Shown here: piece by piece, positions 1-9,033 of the stretch
Numbering within the stretch: the first letter of the stretch is position 1
Layout: the number at the start of each line of letters is the position of its first letter
NCBI GenBank assembly: GCA_041497675.1
Contig: JBGQGY010000050.1
Coordinates: 1 to 22,956, forward strand
Reading direction: 5' to 3'
DNA length: 22,956 nt
Source: a bacterium
GTDB taxonomy: Bacteria > Sysuimicrobiota > Sysuimicrobiia > Sysuimicrobiales > Humicultoraceae
Position numbers and translations under genes: made by a program
The notes under the pieces: generated by a model
Seen by the model: the letters and a program-made list of their open reading frames with translations, nothing else
The model's database searches: none
Told to the model about the DNA's origin: nothing

Positions 1-1302
1 CACGTTTTCCGTCCAGACACTGGCGGCCAGTCCATAGGGCGTGTTGTTGGCCAGCGCGACCGCCTCGGCCGGCGTGCGAAACGTCATGCTCACCAGCACC
101 GGTCCGAAGATCTCTTCCTGGGCGATCGTCGACGATGGGGCGACGCCGGTAAAGAGTGTGGGAGGGAAGAAGTAGCCGTCGCGCGGCACGGCCCACGTCG
201 GTTGCCACATTGTCGCGCCTTCCTGCACGCCCGTCTCGCACAGACGTTGGATCTTTTGCAGCTGTACCGGCGCGATAATCGCGCCGATGTCGATCGTCTT
301 GTCCAGCGGGTCGCCGATCCGCAGCTTCTCCATGCGGGCGCGGAGACCGGCCACCAGTCGATCGGCGACGCTCTCCTGCACCAGCAGCCGCGACCCCGCG
401 CAGCAGACCTGTCCTTGATTGAACCAGATCGCATCGACCACGCCTTCGACCACGCTGTCGAGATCGGCGTCGTCGAACACGACGAACGGCGACTTGCCGC
501 CGAGTTCCAGCGATAGTTTCTTCCCCGTCCCGGCTGTGGTCCGCCGGATGATCCGGCCGACTTCGGTCGATCCGGTGAAGGCGATCTTCTGGACACCGGG
601 GTGCCGGACGATCATCTCGCCGACCTTCCCGTCGCCGGTCACGACGTTCACCACGCCCGGCGGCAGCCCGATCTCCTGCAGGATGTCGCAGAATGCCATC
701 GCGGTGATCGACGTGAACTCGGCGGGTTTGAGCACCACCGTGTTGCCCGCGGCGATCGCGGGCGCGATCTTCCAGGCCAGCATTAGCAGCGGAAAGTTCC
801 AGGGGATGATCTGGCCGACGACGCCCACCGGTTCGTACCCGGGGAACGCACGCTCGAGCAGCTGCGCCCAACCCGCGTGATGGTAGAAGTGGCGGGCGAC
901 CAGCGGGATGTCGATGTCGCGGGTCTCGCGGATCGGCTTGCCGTTGTCCATCGACTCGAGCACCGCGAGCAGCCGCGAGTGTTTCTGCACCTGGCGCGCG
1001 ATGGCGTAGAGATAACGCGCCCGGACGTGTCCGGGCGCCTGGCTCCACCTCTCAAACGCCGCCGCGGCGGCGCGGACCGCCTCATCGACGTTATCAGCGG
1101 TGGCCTGTCCGATCTTCGCGAGCGGTTTTGCGGTTGCAGGATTGACGCTTTCGAAGAACGCCCCGTCAGACGGCTCGATCCACCGGCCGTTGATAAACAG
1201 CCGAAACTGCCGGCCACGGGCATCGAGCCATTTGATTGCCGGCCCGGCGGCTTCGGGCGCCGGCCCGTAGTCCATCGTGCGGAGGATCTCGCTCACACCC
1301 AT
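1..1302 (-). CDS. NAD-dependent aldehyde dehydrogenase (deoC-associated, probable acetaldehyde dehydrogenase), 3'-truncated by the window edge
   Basis: Not in the ORF track because it has no stop in the window. Manual translation from ATG 1302 gives MGVSEILRTMDYGPAPEA..., with GQIIPWNFPLLMLAWKIAPAIAAGNTVVLKPAE, FTGSTEVG, LELGGKSP (catalytic Glu), FNQGQVCCAGSR (catalytic Cys) and EEIFGPV. AGGAG lies upstream, and the start is 27 bp after the deoC stop. Confidence 0.95.
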   Translation of the reverse strand, partial: MGVSEILRTMDYGPAPEAAGPAIKWLDARGRQFRLFINGRWIEPSDGAFFESVNPATAKPLAKIGQATADNVDEAVRAAAAAFERWSQAPGHVRARYLYAIARQVQKHSRLLAVLESMDNGKPIRETRDIDIPLVARHFYHHAGWAQLLERAFPGYEPVGVVGQIIPWNFPLLMLAWKIAPAIAAGNTVVLKPAEFTSITAMAFCDILQEIGLPPGVVNVVTGDGKVGEMIVRHPGVQKIAFTGSTEVGRIIRRTTAGTGKKLSLELGGKSPFVVFDDADLDSVVEGVVDAIWFNQGQVCCAGSRLLVQESVADRLVAGLRARMEKLRIGDPLDKTIDIGAIIAPVQLQKIQRLCETGVQEGATMWQPTWAVPRDGYFFPPTLFTGVAPSSTIAQEEIFGPVLVSMTFRTPAEAVALANNTPYGLAASVWTENV

Positions 1303-1329
1303 CGTGGCGCGCTCCTGGGGAAGGTAGGT

Positions 1330-2313
1330 TTAGGGCATCGGCTGATGATGGACGGCGGCGTAGTGCCCCGTCAGGGTGTGCGACAACTGACGCTCGATGT
1401 CGGTGAGCAGGCTGCTCGCTCCGAGGCGGAACCGGGCCGGCACCATCCACTCGTCACCCAGTTCTTCTTTAATGAGAAGCAACCAGTCGAGAGCCTGCTT
1501 GGCCGTGCGGATGCCCCCCGCGGGCTTGAGGCCCACGCGGAACCCGATCGTCTCGAAGTACTCGCGGATCGCGCGGGTCATCACGAGCCCAAAGGGGAGC
1601 GTGGCGTTGACGGTTTCTTTGCCCGTCGAGGTCTTGATGAAGTCCGCGCCGGCCATCATACAGACCCAACTGGCGACGGCGACGTTGCGCAGTGTCCCCA
1701 GTTCGCCGCAGGCCAGGATCGTCTTCATGTGGGCGGGGCCGCACGCCTCTCGGAAGGCGCGGACCTCGTCGTAGAGCGCAACCCAGTCGCCGGTGAGCAC
1801 ATGCGCGCGCGAGATCACGATGTCGATCTCGTGCGCACCCGCGGCGACCGATTCCTTGATCTCTTCGATCTTGAGGCGGAACGGGGTCTGACCGGCCGGA
1901 AACCCGGTCGAGACCGCGGCAACCGGAATGCCGGAGCCGCGCAGCGCCTCGACAGCGGTGGGCACCATGTTGTGGTACACGCACAGCGCCCCGACGCGCA
2001 CCTCGCCGGGGTCGACGCCGAACCCCTGCAAGATCTCGGGGCGGACCGGGTGTTTCGCCTTCGCCGCCAGCCGGCGGACCGTCCCGGGGGTATCGTCGCC
2101 GGCCAATGTGGTCAGGTCGAGACACTGGACGGCACGGATCAGCCAGGCGGCCTGCCACTCGCGCTTGACGGTGCGGCGCGTGGGGATCGTGGCAGCCCGC
2201 CGTTCGACGGCGCTCCGGTTGACGTGGAGGTCGCGCAGCCGCCCCAAGTCCAGCGGTGTTCCCGAATTCCGGCCCTCGGTTCTGGGCGCGGCGCGGTGCG
2301 TCAAGGTGGCCAT
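1330..2313 (-). CDS. deoC: Deoxyribose-phosphate aldolase (long, DERA-like type)
   Basis: Motifs LDLTTL, VAAVSTGFPAGQ, EIDIVI, MKTIL, FIKTSTGK (Schiff-base Lys), GLKPAGGIRT and RLGASSLL. Start placed at ATG 2313 (MATLTHR); the ORF-track start at 2457 would overlap the SDR gene. Confidence 0.95.
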   Translation of the reverse strand: MATLTHRAAPRTEGRNSGTPLDLGRLRDLHVNRSAVERRAATIPTRRTVKREWQAAWLIRAVQCLDLTTLAGDDTPGTVRRLAAKAKHPVRPEILQGFGVDPGEVRVGALCVYHNMVPTAVEALRGSGIPVAAVSTGFPAGQTPFRLKIEEIKESVAAGAHEIDIVISRAHVLTGDWVALYDEVRAFREACGPAHMKTILACGELGTLRNVAVASWVCMMAGADFIKTSTGKETVNATLPFGLVMTRAIREYFETIGFRVGLKPAGGIRTAKQALDWLLLIKEELGDEWMVPARFRLGASSLLTDIERQLSHTLTGHYAAVHHQPMP

Positions 2314-2321
2314 ACGAGCAC

Positions 2322-2330
2322 ATATTATCA
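2322..2330 (-). promoter_or_regulatory. Extended -10 element (TGATAATAT) for deoC, probably a leaderless or near-leaderless transcript
   Basis: The minus strand reads TG-A-TAATAT-gtgctcgt-ATG(2313). It is the only AT-rich patch in the divergent gap, and there is no SD before the ATG. Confidence 0.55.
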
Positions 2331-2426
2331 CAAGGCCTCTGACGCGGCCCACAGGGGACCGACCTCGGGGGGCGAACAAATTCCATAGCTCTCGGGTTTC
2401 TCGCGAAACCCTCGAGGAGGGTATCA

Positions 2427-3218
2427 ATGGATCTCGGCATTCGGGGCAAGGTCGCACTCGTCGGAGCGTCGGGGCGCGGGCTGGGACTGGCGACGGCGCA
2501 CCGGCTGGGCATGGAAGGGGTCAACGTCGCCATTTGCGACAAAGACGAATCGGTGCTGGAGCCCGCCAGGGCGCAGGTACAGAAGGCCGATCTCGGTATC
2601 CGCGTGGTCGCCTTTCCGGTCGATCTGACGGACGCTGCCTCGATCAACGGACTGGTGAAGCGCGTGAAAGAGGCGTTGGGTCCGATCGATATTCTCGTGA
2701 CGAACTCCGGCGGGCCACCGCCGGGCCTCTTCGAGGATGCCGATGACGCGAAGTGGGAGCTCGCCTACCGGCTCACGTTTCTGAGCGCGGTCCGCATGAT
2801 CCGCGGCGTCCTGCCCGACATGAAGCAACGGCGCTGGGGGCGCATCATCAACTTCACCTCCCGCGCGCTGAAGGAGCCCATCCCCAACCTGATGATCTCC
2901 AACGCGATCCGATTGGCCGTGGGAGGGATGGCGAAGACGCTGGCGGCTGAGGTGGCGGCCTACGGAATTACCGTGAACAACCTGTTGCCCGGTCCGACGA
3001 CCACCGACCGTCAGGTCGAGTTGATCGCCGCCCGCGCGAAGCGGAAGGGGATCTCGGTCGAGCAAGAGATGATAGATACCACCAGGGAGATCCCGCTGGG
3101 CCGTTTGGCCCAGCCCGAAGAGCAGGCCGCGGCCGCCGCATTTCTGGCCTCCGAGCTGGCCCGCTATATCACCGGCATTTCTCTGCTGGTGGACGGGGGT
3201 GCTGTGAAAGCCCTTTAG
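2427..3218 (+). CDS. Short-chain dehydrogenase/reductase (BKR/FabG-like atypical SDR)
   Basis: MDLGIRGKVALVGASGRGLG Rossmann start, LVTNSGGPPPG, GITVNNLLPG and YITGISLLVDGG. SNxxR replaces YxxxK. Strong SD GAGGAGG upstream. Confidence 0.92.
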   Translation: MDLGIRGKVALVGASGRGLGLATAHRLGMEGVNVAICDKDESVLEPARAQVQKADLGIRVVAFPVDLTDAASINGLVKRVKEALGPIDILVTNSGGPPPGLFEDADDAKWELAYRLTFLSAVRMIRGVLPDMKQRRWGRIINFTSRALKEPIPNLMISNAIRLAVGGMAKTLAAEVAAYGITVNNLLPGPTTTDRQVELIAARAKRKGISVEQEMIDTTREIPLGRLAQPEEQAAAAAFLASELARYITGISLLVDGGAVKAL

Positions 3219-4540
3219 CGCGCGACCGGCACGCGGGCAAGGCTCGCCTCCAGATCCATCCGATCCACGAGCGGCATGCCGTCCTTGATGACGAGCTTGA
3301 CGTTCTCTTTCTTCTCGATCACGTGGATGTCGGCCAGCGGGTCGCCGTCGACGAGGATGAGGTCGGCCCACTTTCCGGGTTTCAACGTACCCAACTTGTC
3401 GCTCATCCGAAGCAACTCGGCGGCCGTCTGCGTGGCGGCAACGATGGCTTCCATCGGTTTCATGCCCAGATTCACCATGTAGCCCAACTCGCGGATGCAC
3501 TCGCCGTGGAAGTTGAGCGCCGTCCCCGCGTCGCTGCCGTTGACGATCTTCACGCCTGCGCGACGCGCCCGGGCGAACGTGTCGGCCTTGTCGTGGATGA
3601 CCCGCGTCAGCCAGTCCCACCATGCCGGAGTCGTACCCAGCTCGGTAATCGCGGCCTCCCGGCCCAGGTCAAATCGAATCTGATTGCACGCCAGGGTCGG
3701 ACAGAAGTAGGTGCCGCGCTCGAGCATCATGCCGAAGTGCTCGTCGGTCAGCCAGTGGCCGTGTTCGATGGACGTGACACCGGCCTTGATCGTGTCGGTG
3801 GCTCCCTGGCCGCCGTGACAGTGCGCGGCCGAGTGGATGCCGACCTTCTCGGCCTCGACCACGCCGGCCCGGATCATCTCGTAATCCATCTCCTGCGGCC
3901 ACCACAGCGTGCCGTCTCGGTTAATCTGGCTGCCGGCCGTGTTGAACTTGATGAGATTGACGCCCCGCGAGATCTGATAGCGGGCCGCCGCCTTGACCTC
4001 GTCGGCGGTATTGGACAGCCCGGTGTGACCGTGCAACAGCACCTCGGGGCGTCGCTTGGGGTCCATGTGGCCGCCGTACATCGTGAGCCCATGGCCCGCG
4101 ACGAACATCCGCGGGCCCACCATGGTGCCCCGATCGATCGCATCGCGCAGGGCGACGTCAATATACCCGACCGCGGCCAGGTCTCGAATGGTCGTGATCC
4201 CATGCTCCAGATCCCGCCAAGCGTTGCGAAGACCCGCAAGCGTCATCGAGGGGATGGTCGTCTCGAAACTGCTAAACGCGCGTTGCACCGGGTCGCCATC
4301 GCTGCGCACGTGCACGTGGGCGTCGATAATCCCGGGCATGACGGTCCAGGACCGCGCGTCGACGACGATGTCGTCCGCGGCCGGGCGAAACGCCTGCGCC
4401 GGCATGATCTCGTGGATCTCTTGCCCCTTGACCGTCACCGTGACATCGCGGGTCGGGGCGGCACCCGTGCCGTCGATCAGCGATCCCGCGTGAATGACGA
4501 TCCGGCGGCCGTTCACCGGAAGCGGGCGCGGAATGAACAT
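3215..4540 (-). CDS. Metal-dependent amidohydrolase (prolidase/Xaa-Pro dipeptidase-like TIM barrel)
   Basis: MPGIIDAHVH (HxH), GITTIRD, LIKF (carbamylated Lys position), AAHCHG, SIEHG, GSDAG and GKWADLILVDGDP. ATG 4540 is preceded by AGGAGG. This is the real part of the 1047-aa ORF-track entry. Confidence 0.93.
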   Translation of the reverse strand: MFIPRPLPVNGRRIVIHAGSLIDGTGAAPTRDVTVTVKGQEIHEIMPAQAFRPAADDIVVDARSWTVMPGIIDAHVHVRSDGDPVQRAFSSFETTIPSMTLAGLRNAWRDLEHGITTIRDLAAVGYIDVALRDAIDRGTMVGPRMFVAGHGLTMYGGHMDPKRRPEVLLHGHTGLSNTADEVKAAARYQISRGVNLIKFNTAGSQINRDGTLWWPQEMDYEMIRAGVVEAEKVGIHSAAHCHGGQGATDTIKAGVTSIEHGHWLTDEHFGMMLERGTYFCPTLACNQIRFDLGREAAITELGTTPAWWDWLTRVIHDKADTFARARRAGVKIVNGSDAGTALNFHGECIRELGYMVNLGMKPMEAIVAATQTAAELLRMSDKLGTLKPGKWADLILVDGDPLADIHVIEKKENVKLVIKDGMPLVDRMDLEASLARVPVAR

Positions 4541-4687
4541 TGACGGTTCCTCCTGGGATCGTGCGGGTTCTCGGGGGTTCCTTCGCGCGTGAACACCGGG
4601 TTCCTGTGCGGCCGCAGGAAAGCCCAACGCCGGGCGAGAACCCCTCGCCATTGCTGCGCGCGCAGGTAGTCTGGAGGGGAGACGGCC

Positions 4688-6322
4688 ATGAGCGACGCAT
4701 ATCACCGACACACGCTGACCCGACGTGACTTGTTCCGTCTGGCGGGGGGCGGAGTGGGCCTCGCGGTGGCCGGCAGTCTGGCGCCATGGCGCGCCGTCCT
4801 GGCTGCCCCCGCGACCGCGGGCACCACGCTGCTCGTTGGGACCAACCTCAATAACATCCGCACCCTCGATCCCGGCCGGACGATCGAAGTCACCGGGATG
4901 ATGATGGAACACGTCATGTACGACACCCTCGTGACCTTCGAGGGAGAAGATCTGCGAACCCCGAAACCGCTCATCGCCACGAGTTGGAGGGTGTCCGCAG
5001 ACGGGTTGCTGTACACGATCGCGATCCGAGACGACGTACGTTTCATCAGCGGAAACCCTCTCACCGCCGCCGACGTGAAGTGGTCGCTTGACCGCGTGCT
5101 CAACCTCAAGGCGAACACCCTGTTCTTGCTGGAAGGCGTCGAGGACGTGATCGCGGTGAATCCCCGGACCGTCGCGCTCCGGCTTAAGGCGCCCAATCCG
5201 TCGCTGATTCCGATTCTGTCGCACCCCGGGCTGGGTGTTCTGGACAGCAAGCTGCTGATGGAGAAGGGTGGCGACGCCAGTACCGCGGCCAACACAAAAG
5301 ATCAGGGTGAGGCGTACATGAATACGCGCTCCGCCGGCAGCGGGTCGTTTGCGCTGACGAGCTACATCCCGGCCCAGGAACTCGTTATGGAGCGGAACCC
5401 CAACTACTGGCGCGGGCCGGCGCGGCTCCAACGGATCGTCATCCGCCACGTGCCCGAGCCGGTGACCCAGGCGTTGCAGGTAGTGCGCGGCGATCTGGAT
5501 CTGGCGACGAGTATCGGGCAGGACCAGGTGCCGACGTTGCGGCGGGCGGTGAACGTCGACGTTCGGACGAGCCCGGCGGCCACCACGTTCTACGTGCTGA
5601 TGAACAACAACGCCGAGGTGGGCGGGCCGTTTGCGAACCCGAAGGTCCAACAGGCCGTCCGGTACGCGCTCGACTACGAAGGGATCATGGCGATCGCGGG
5701 CCCTGGCGCGGTGCGACTCGCCGGCGTCATCCCCACGCTCTTCCCCGGGTCCCTCCCGTCGTCCGAAGCGATCAAGACCGACCGCACCAAAGCCAGAGAC
5801 CTGGTGCGGGAAGTGGGCGAGGTCCGCGGGAGGCTCTCGTACGGGAGCGACCAGATCTCGTGGGGCATCCCGATGGCGCTCCTGGCGCAGAAGATCCAGT
5901 CCGATCTGGCGCAGGTCGGAATCCAACTCCAGCTCGAGGGCCTGCCGATCGTGACTGCCATTCAGGCATATCGGGGCGGGCGGAACCAGGTCGGCGTGTG
6001 GGGGTGGGCGGCGGACTATCCCGATCCGAGTGACTTCCTCGTCTACGCGCCCGGCCGCGTCGTCGGGCGGCGCGCGGGATGGTTGCCCTCGGCCAGCCCG
6101 GTGGCGCAGCAACTCGCGACCCTCGCTGACCAGGCCGAAGCGGAGATCGAGCCGCGCAAGCGCATCGCCTTGCTCCAAGACTTCGAGCGTCGGTTGGGTC
6201 AGGTTGGACCGTATGCGCCGCTGTTTCAGCCCGCGGTCCCTTATGCTTTTCGATCGAACGTCGAAGGCGTCGCGTATCACAGCGTCTGGGCGATAGACTT
6301 CTACCCGATTCGGAAGACGTAG
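4688..6322 (+). CDS. ABC transporter substrate-binding protein, family 5 (Opp/Dpp/Nik), Tat-exported
   Basis: Twin-arginine signal TRRDLFRL plus hydrophobic stretch; TLDP, YDTLV, GNPLTAADVKWSL, GSGSF, NPNYW, NPKVQQAVRYALD and WAADYPDP. SD GGAGG. Confidence 0.94.
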   Translation: MSDAYHRHTLTRRDLFRLAGGGVGLAVAGSLAPWRAVLAAPATAGTTLLVGTNLNNIRTLDPGRTIEVTGMMMEHVMYDTLVTFEGEDLRTPKPLIATSWRVSADGLLYTIAIRDDVRFISGNPLTAADVKWSLDRVLNLKANTLFLLEGVEDVIAVNPRTVALRLKAPNPSLIPILSHPGLGVLDSKLLMEKGGDASTAANTKDQGEAYMNTRSAGSGSFALTSYIPAQELVMERNPNYWRGPARLQRIVIRHVPEPVTQALQVVRGDLDLATSIGQDQVPTLRRAVNVDVRTSPAATTFYVLMNNNAEVGGPFANPKVQQAVRYALDYEGIMAIAGPGAVRLAGVIPTLFPGSLPSSEAIKTDRTKARDLVREVGEVRGRLSYGSDQISWGIPMALLAQKIQSDLAQVGIQLQLEGLPIVTAIQAYRGGRNQVGVWGWAADYPDPSDFLVYAPGRVVGRRAGWLPSASPVAQQLATLADQAEAEIEPRKRIALLQDFERRLGQVGPYAPLFQPAVPYAFRSNVEGVAYHSVWAIDFYPIRKT

Positions 6323-6352
6323 ACCGAGCCGGGGCCGCCGGCGGCGGACGAC

Positions 6353-7372
6353 GTGCACCTCGGTCGATACATCCTACGTCGACTGCTCATCATCCCGCCC
6401 ATGCTCGTGGGGATCACCCTCATGAGCTTTACGCTCTCTCATGCGGTGCCGGCCGACCCGGTCGCGGCCAATCTTGGGGAACACGGGGCGGCGAATCCGC
6501 AGGTCGTCGCTGTGTTCCGGCAGCGCTGGGGGCTTGACCGTCCGCTTCCCGAGCAGTACGCGATCTATCTCTGGCGGCTCGTCCATGGCGACATGGGCGT
6601 GTCGATTTCAACCCATCAGCCGGTCGCGACGGATCTTCGTCAGCGCCTGCCTGCGACCGTGGAGCTGGCGGTGGCCGCGATGTTGGTTAGTCTCGTCGTC
6701 GGTGTGCCATTGGGGATCCTCTCGGCCGTTCGTCGCGACACCGCCTTCGACCAGGTGACCCGCGGCGTGGCGCTCGTTGGTGTGGCGATGCCGGTCTTTT
6801 GGCTCGGCCTCGTGGCCCTTGCCATCTTCTATGCGCGTTTGGGGTGGGCGCCGTCTCCGGGGCAGCTCAGCCCCGGGTCGCCTCGCCCGCCCTTTGTTAC
6901 CGGGCTCATTCCGTTCGATGCCCTGTTGTGGGGACGCACGGATGTCGCCAGGGACGCGCTCGCCCATCTCGTCCTCCCCGCGCTCGTGCTCGCCTCGTAC
7001 AGCGTCGGCGTGATCACCCGCATGATGCGCGGTACGATGCTGGAGGTGCTGGGGGAAGACTACGTCCGCACCGCGCACGCGAAGGGATTGCCGCGCCGGA
7101 CCGTGACCGTCCGCCATGTCGCGCGAAACGCCGCGCTGCCGGTGCTCACGGTGATCGGTTTGAGTTTCGGTGGGCTGTTGTCGGGCGCAGTCGTCACCGA
7201 GACCGTCTTTGCCTGGACCGGTCTTGGCTCATACGCGTTTAGCAGCGCGACCTCGCTGGATTTTCCGGCGATCATGGGGGTCGGGATCGTCGTGGCTACG
7301 GTCTACCTGCTCGTGAACCTGCTCGTCGACGTATGCTACGCGGCACTCGATCCGCGGATCCGGTTCGGGTAG
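6353..7372 (+). CDS. Peptide/nickel ABC transporter permease (DppB/OppB family)
   Basis: YILRRLL start, GLDRPLPEQY, GDMGVS, RLPATVEL, EDYVRTAHAKGL loop, TETVFAWTGLG and C-terminal LDPRIR. GTG start. Confidence 0.95.
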   Translation: MHLGRYILRRLLIIPPMLVGITLMSFTLSHAVPADPVAANLGEHGAANPQVVAVFRQRWGLDRPLPEQYAIYLWRLVHGDMGVSISTHQPVATDLRQRLPATVELAVAAMLVSLVVGVPLGILSAVRRDTAFDQVTRGVALVGVAMPVFWLGLVALAIFYARLGWAPSPGQLSPGSPRPPFVTGLIPFDALLWGRTDVARDALAHLVLPALVLASYSVGVITRMMRGTMLEVLGEDYVRTAHAKGLPRRTVTVRHVARNAALPVLTVIGLSFGGLLSGAVVTETVFAWTGLGSYAFSSATSLDFPAIMGVGIVVATVYLLVNLLVDVCYAALDPRIRFG

Positions 7373-7377
7373 GAGCG

Positions 7378-8253
7378 ATGGTGGTTCAGGCACCCGCGAT
7401 CCCTTACGCTCCGCGGAAGGCGGCCCGGCTGCTGCGGCGCTCGTTCGCGCGCTCACCGCTGGCGGTCGCGTCGCTGTTCGTGGTCGCCGCGTGGACCGGG
7501 GCCGCGCTCGCGGCGCCGTGGTTCGCGCCCTACGATCCGCTTGCGCAGGACATCGCCGCGCGGCTTACGGCTCCCGGACCAGCGCACCTGCTCGGCACCG
7601 ATCCTCTCGGACGTGATATTCTCAGTCGCGTCCTCCACGGGGCGCGGCTTTCGATCCCGGTGGGCGTCGCGGCGGTGGTGCTGGCCCTGCTCCTCGGCAC
7701 GGTGATCGGCGGGGCGGCCGGGGCGTTTGGCGGTGCGGTTGAGGAAGTGCTCATGCGGGTGACCGACCTGATGCTGGCGTTTCCCACGGTCATCCTGGCG
7801 ATGATCATTTCTGCCGCGCTCGGGGCCGGCATTCGCAACGCCGTCATTGCGATCATGGTGGCGTGGTGGCCGTCGTACGCGCGATTCGCGCGCGGGCTGG
7901 TATTGAGCGTGCGTGAGCGCGAATATGTCGAGGCCGCGCGGGCCCTGGGCGCGTCCACGCTGCGCGTCTTTCTACGGCACGTCTTGCGCAACGCGGTGTC
8001 CCCGCTGATCATCTTGGGGACGCTTGACGTGGGTCACGCGATCCTCACCTTCGCATCGCTGAGCTTTCTTGGGCTGGGACCGCCGCCGCAGATTCCTGAG
8101 TGGGGGGCCATGATTGCGGCGGGACGAGACTACCTCGATGAGTGGTGGATCGCCGCGTTTCCTGGGCTGGCGATCCTCACGCTCGTTCTCGCACTCAACA
8201 TCGTCGGAGACAGTTTGCGGGACGCGCTTGATCCGCGCTTGCGGCCGCGATAA
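7378..8253 (+). CDS. Peptide/nickel ABC transporter permease (DppC/OppC family)
   Basis: APYDP, HLLGTDPLGRDILSR, EYVEAARALGAS (EAA motif), LSFLGLG, PEWGAMI and GDSLRDALDPR. ATG 7378 follows AGGAG. Confidence 0.95.
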   Translation: MVVQAPAIPYAPRKAARLLRRSFARSPLAVASLFVVAAWTGAALAAPWFAPYDPLAQDIAARLTAPGPAHLLGTDPLGRDILSRVLHGARLSIPVGVAAVVLALLLGTVIGGAAGAFGGAVEEVLMRVTDLMLAFPTVILAMIISAALGAGIRNAVIAIMVAWWPSYARFARGLVLSVREREYVEAARALGASTLRVFLRHVLRNAVSPLIILGTLDVGHAILTFASLSFLGLGPPPQIPEWGAMIAAGRDYLDEWWIAAFPGLAILTLVLALNIVGDSLRDALDPRLRPR

Positions 8254-8257
8254 AAGT

Positions 8258-8959
8258 CTATTCTCCCCAGGTCTGTAGCGCCTGTGCGTCTATCACGCGA
8301 AGGAAGAGCACCACAACCCCACGAGTTTCGAGTTGCGCCGTGCCGGTCCCGTTACCGGGTACCTGGAGCACCAGAGTCTCGATGTTCCGTGGCGCCAGGA
8401 TCATCGAGTGTTCCGGGGGGAACGCGGGGACGCTGAGTGTAGCTTCGACGGTCACCTGAGCGGCCGGCCACTGGCCAACGTCAGCCTGGACCGTGAGGAC
8501 GTCGCCGCGGATGGTGCCCTTCAGTTGCACCGCCGACGACAACAGCGGCCGGTAGAGTGCCGGTTCGACGCTCCTCCGCAGGCTGACGAGAGGATTGCGG
8601 GGTGCGCGGGAGAGGGCCACCTGCGCGGTATAGGCACGGACCGGCCGGTCGGTCAGGGGAAGGCGAACCGTGAATCGCTCGTTTTTCCCGGCGGCCAACC
8701 CCCACGGGATACCGTCGCTGCCCTGAAAGACCGGATCTCCGATTGGCGCGTACCCTGTCGCGTCGACGACTAACCCGCCGACCGCGCTCGGTCCTCGATT
8801 TTCCACGCGCCCGCTGATGACGAGGGTCCGACCATCGAGAACGTGATGGACATCCACCAGGCCGAATTGCGTCCCGGAGTCGGCTGCAACACCTACCAGG
8901 GGCAAGCCGAGCCCAAGGCCGAGAACCGCGACGACCATCCACCGGCGCGTTGCGCCCAT
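8258..8959 (-). CDS. Secreted hypothetical protein with an FxLYD-like beta-sandwich domain
   Basis: Sec signal (MGATRRW, hydrophobic run, VAA). The segment ISGRVENRG...LVVDATGYAPIG...LAAGKNERFTV resembles FxLYD-type domains. It fills the gap between flanking genes and has an extended -10 motif directly upstream. Confidence 0.7.
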   Translation of the reverse strand: MGATRRWMVVAVLGLGLGLPLVGVAADSGTQFGLVDVHHVLDGRTLVISGRVENRGPSAVGGLVVDATGYAPIGDPVFQGSDGIPWGLAAGKNERFTVRLPLTDRPVRAYTAQVALSRAPRNPLVSLRRSVEPALYRPLLSSAVQLKGTIRGDVLTVQADVGQWPAAQVTVEATLSVPAFPPEHSMILAPRNIETLVLQVPGNGTGTAQLETRGVVVLFLRVIDAQALQTWGE

Positions 8960-8965
8960 ATCTAC

Positions 8966-8974
8966 AGTTTAGCA
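8966..8974 (-). promoter_or_regulatory. Extended -10 element (TGCTAAACT), leaderless configuration
   Basis: The minus strand reads TG-C-TAAACT-gtagat-ATG(8959): a 6-nt spacer and no SD. Confidence 0.6.
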
Positions 8975-9033
8975 CTCTGCGAAGAGTCGCGACCGCTGGC
9001 AGGGAACGCTTGTCTCTGCGAGAAGATCGACGC

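Noticed and set aside
877..2388. 503-aa + strand ORF and similar long ORFs (2424-3623, 3323-4543, 11579-12877, 15095-16384, 20406-21485)
   Set aside because: These are antisense or off-frame shadows of well-supported genes, rich in Arg/Gly/His/Pro and without motifs.
2427..3218. SDR as a pseudogene or novel enzyme because YxxxK is missing
   Set aside because: SNxxR with NSGGP is a known widespread atypical SDR subfamily, and the frame and SD are intact.
3215..6358. 1047-aa ORF suggesting a large fusion protein
   Set aside because: Only the last 441 aa (from ATG 4540, with AGGAGG) are a real amidohydrolase. The rest is the stop-free antisense frame of the SBP gene, expected in high-GC coding DNA.
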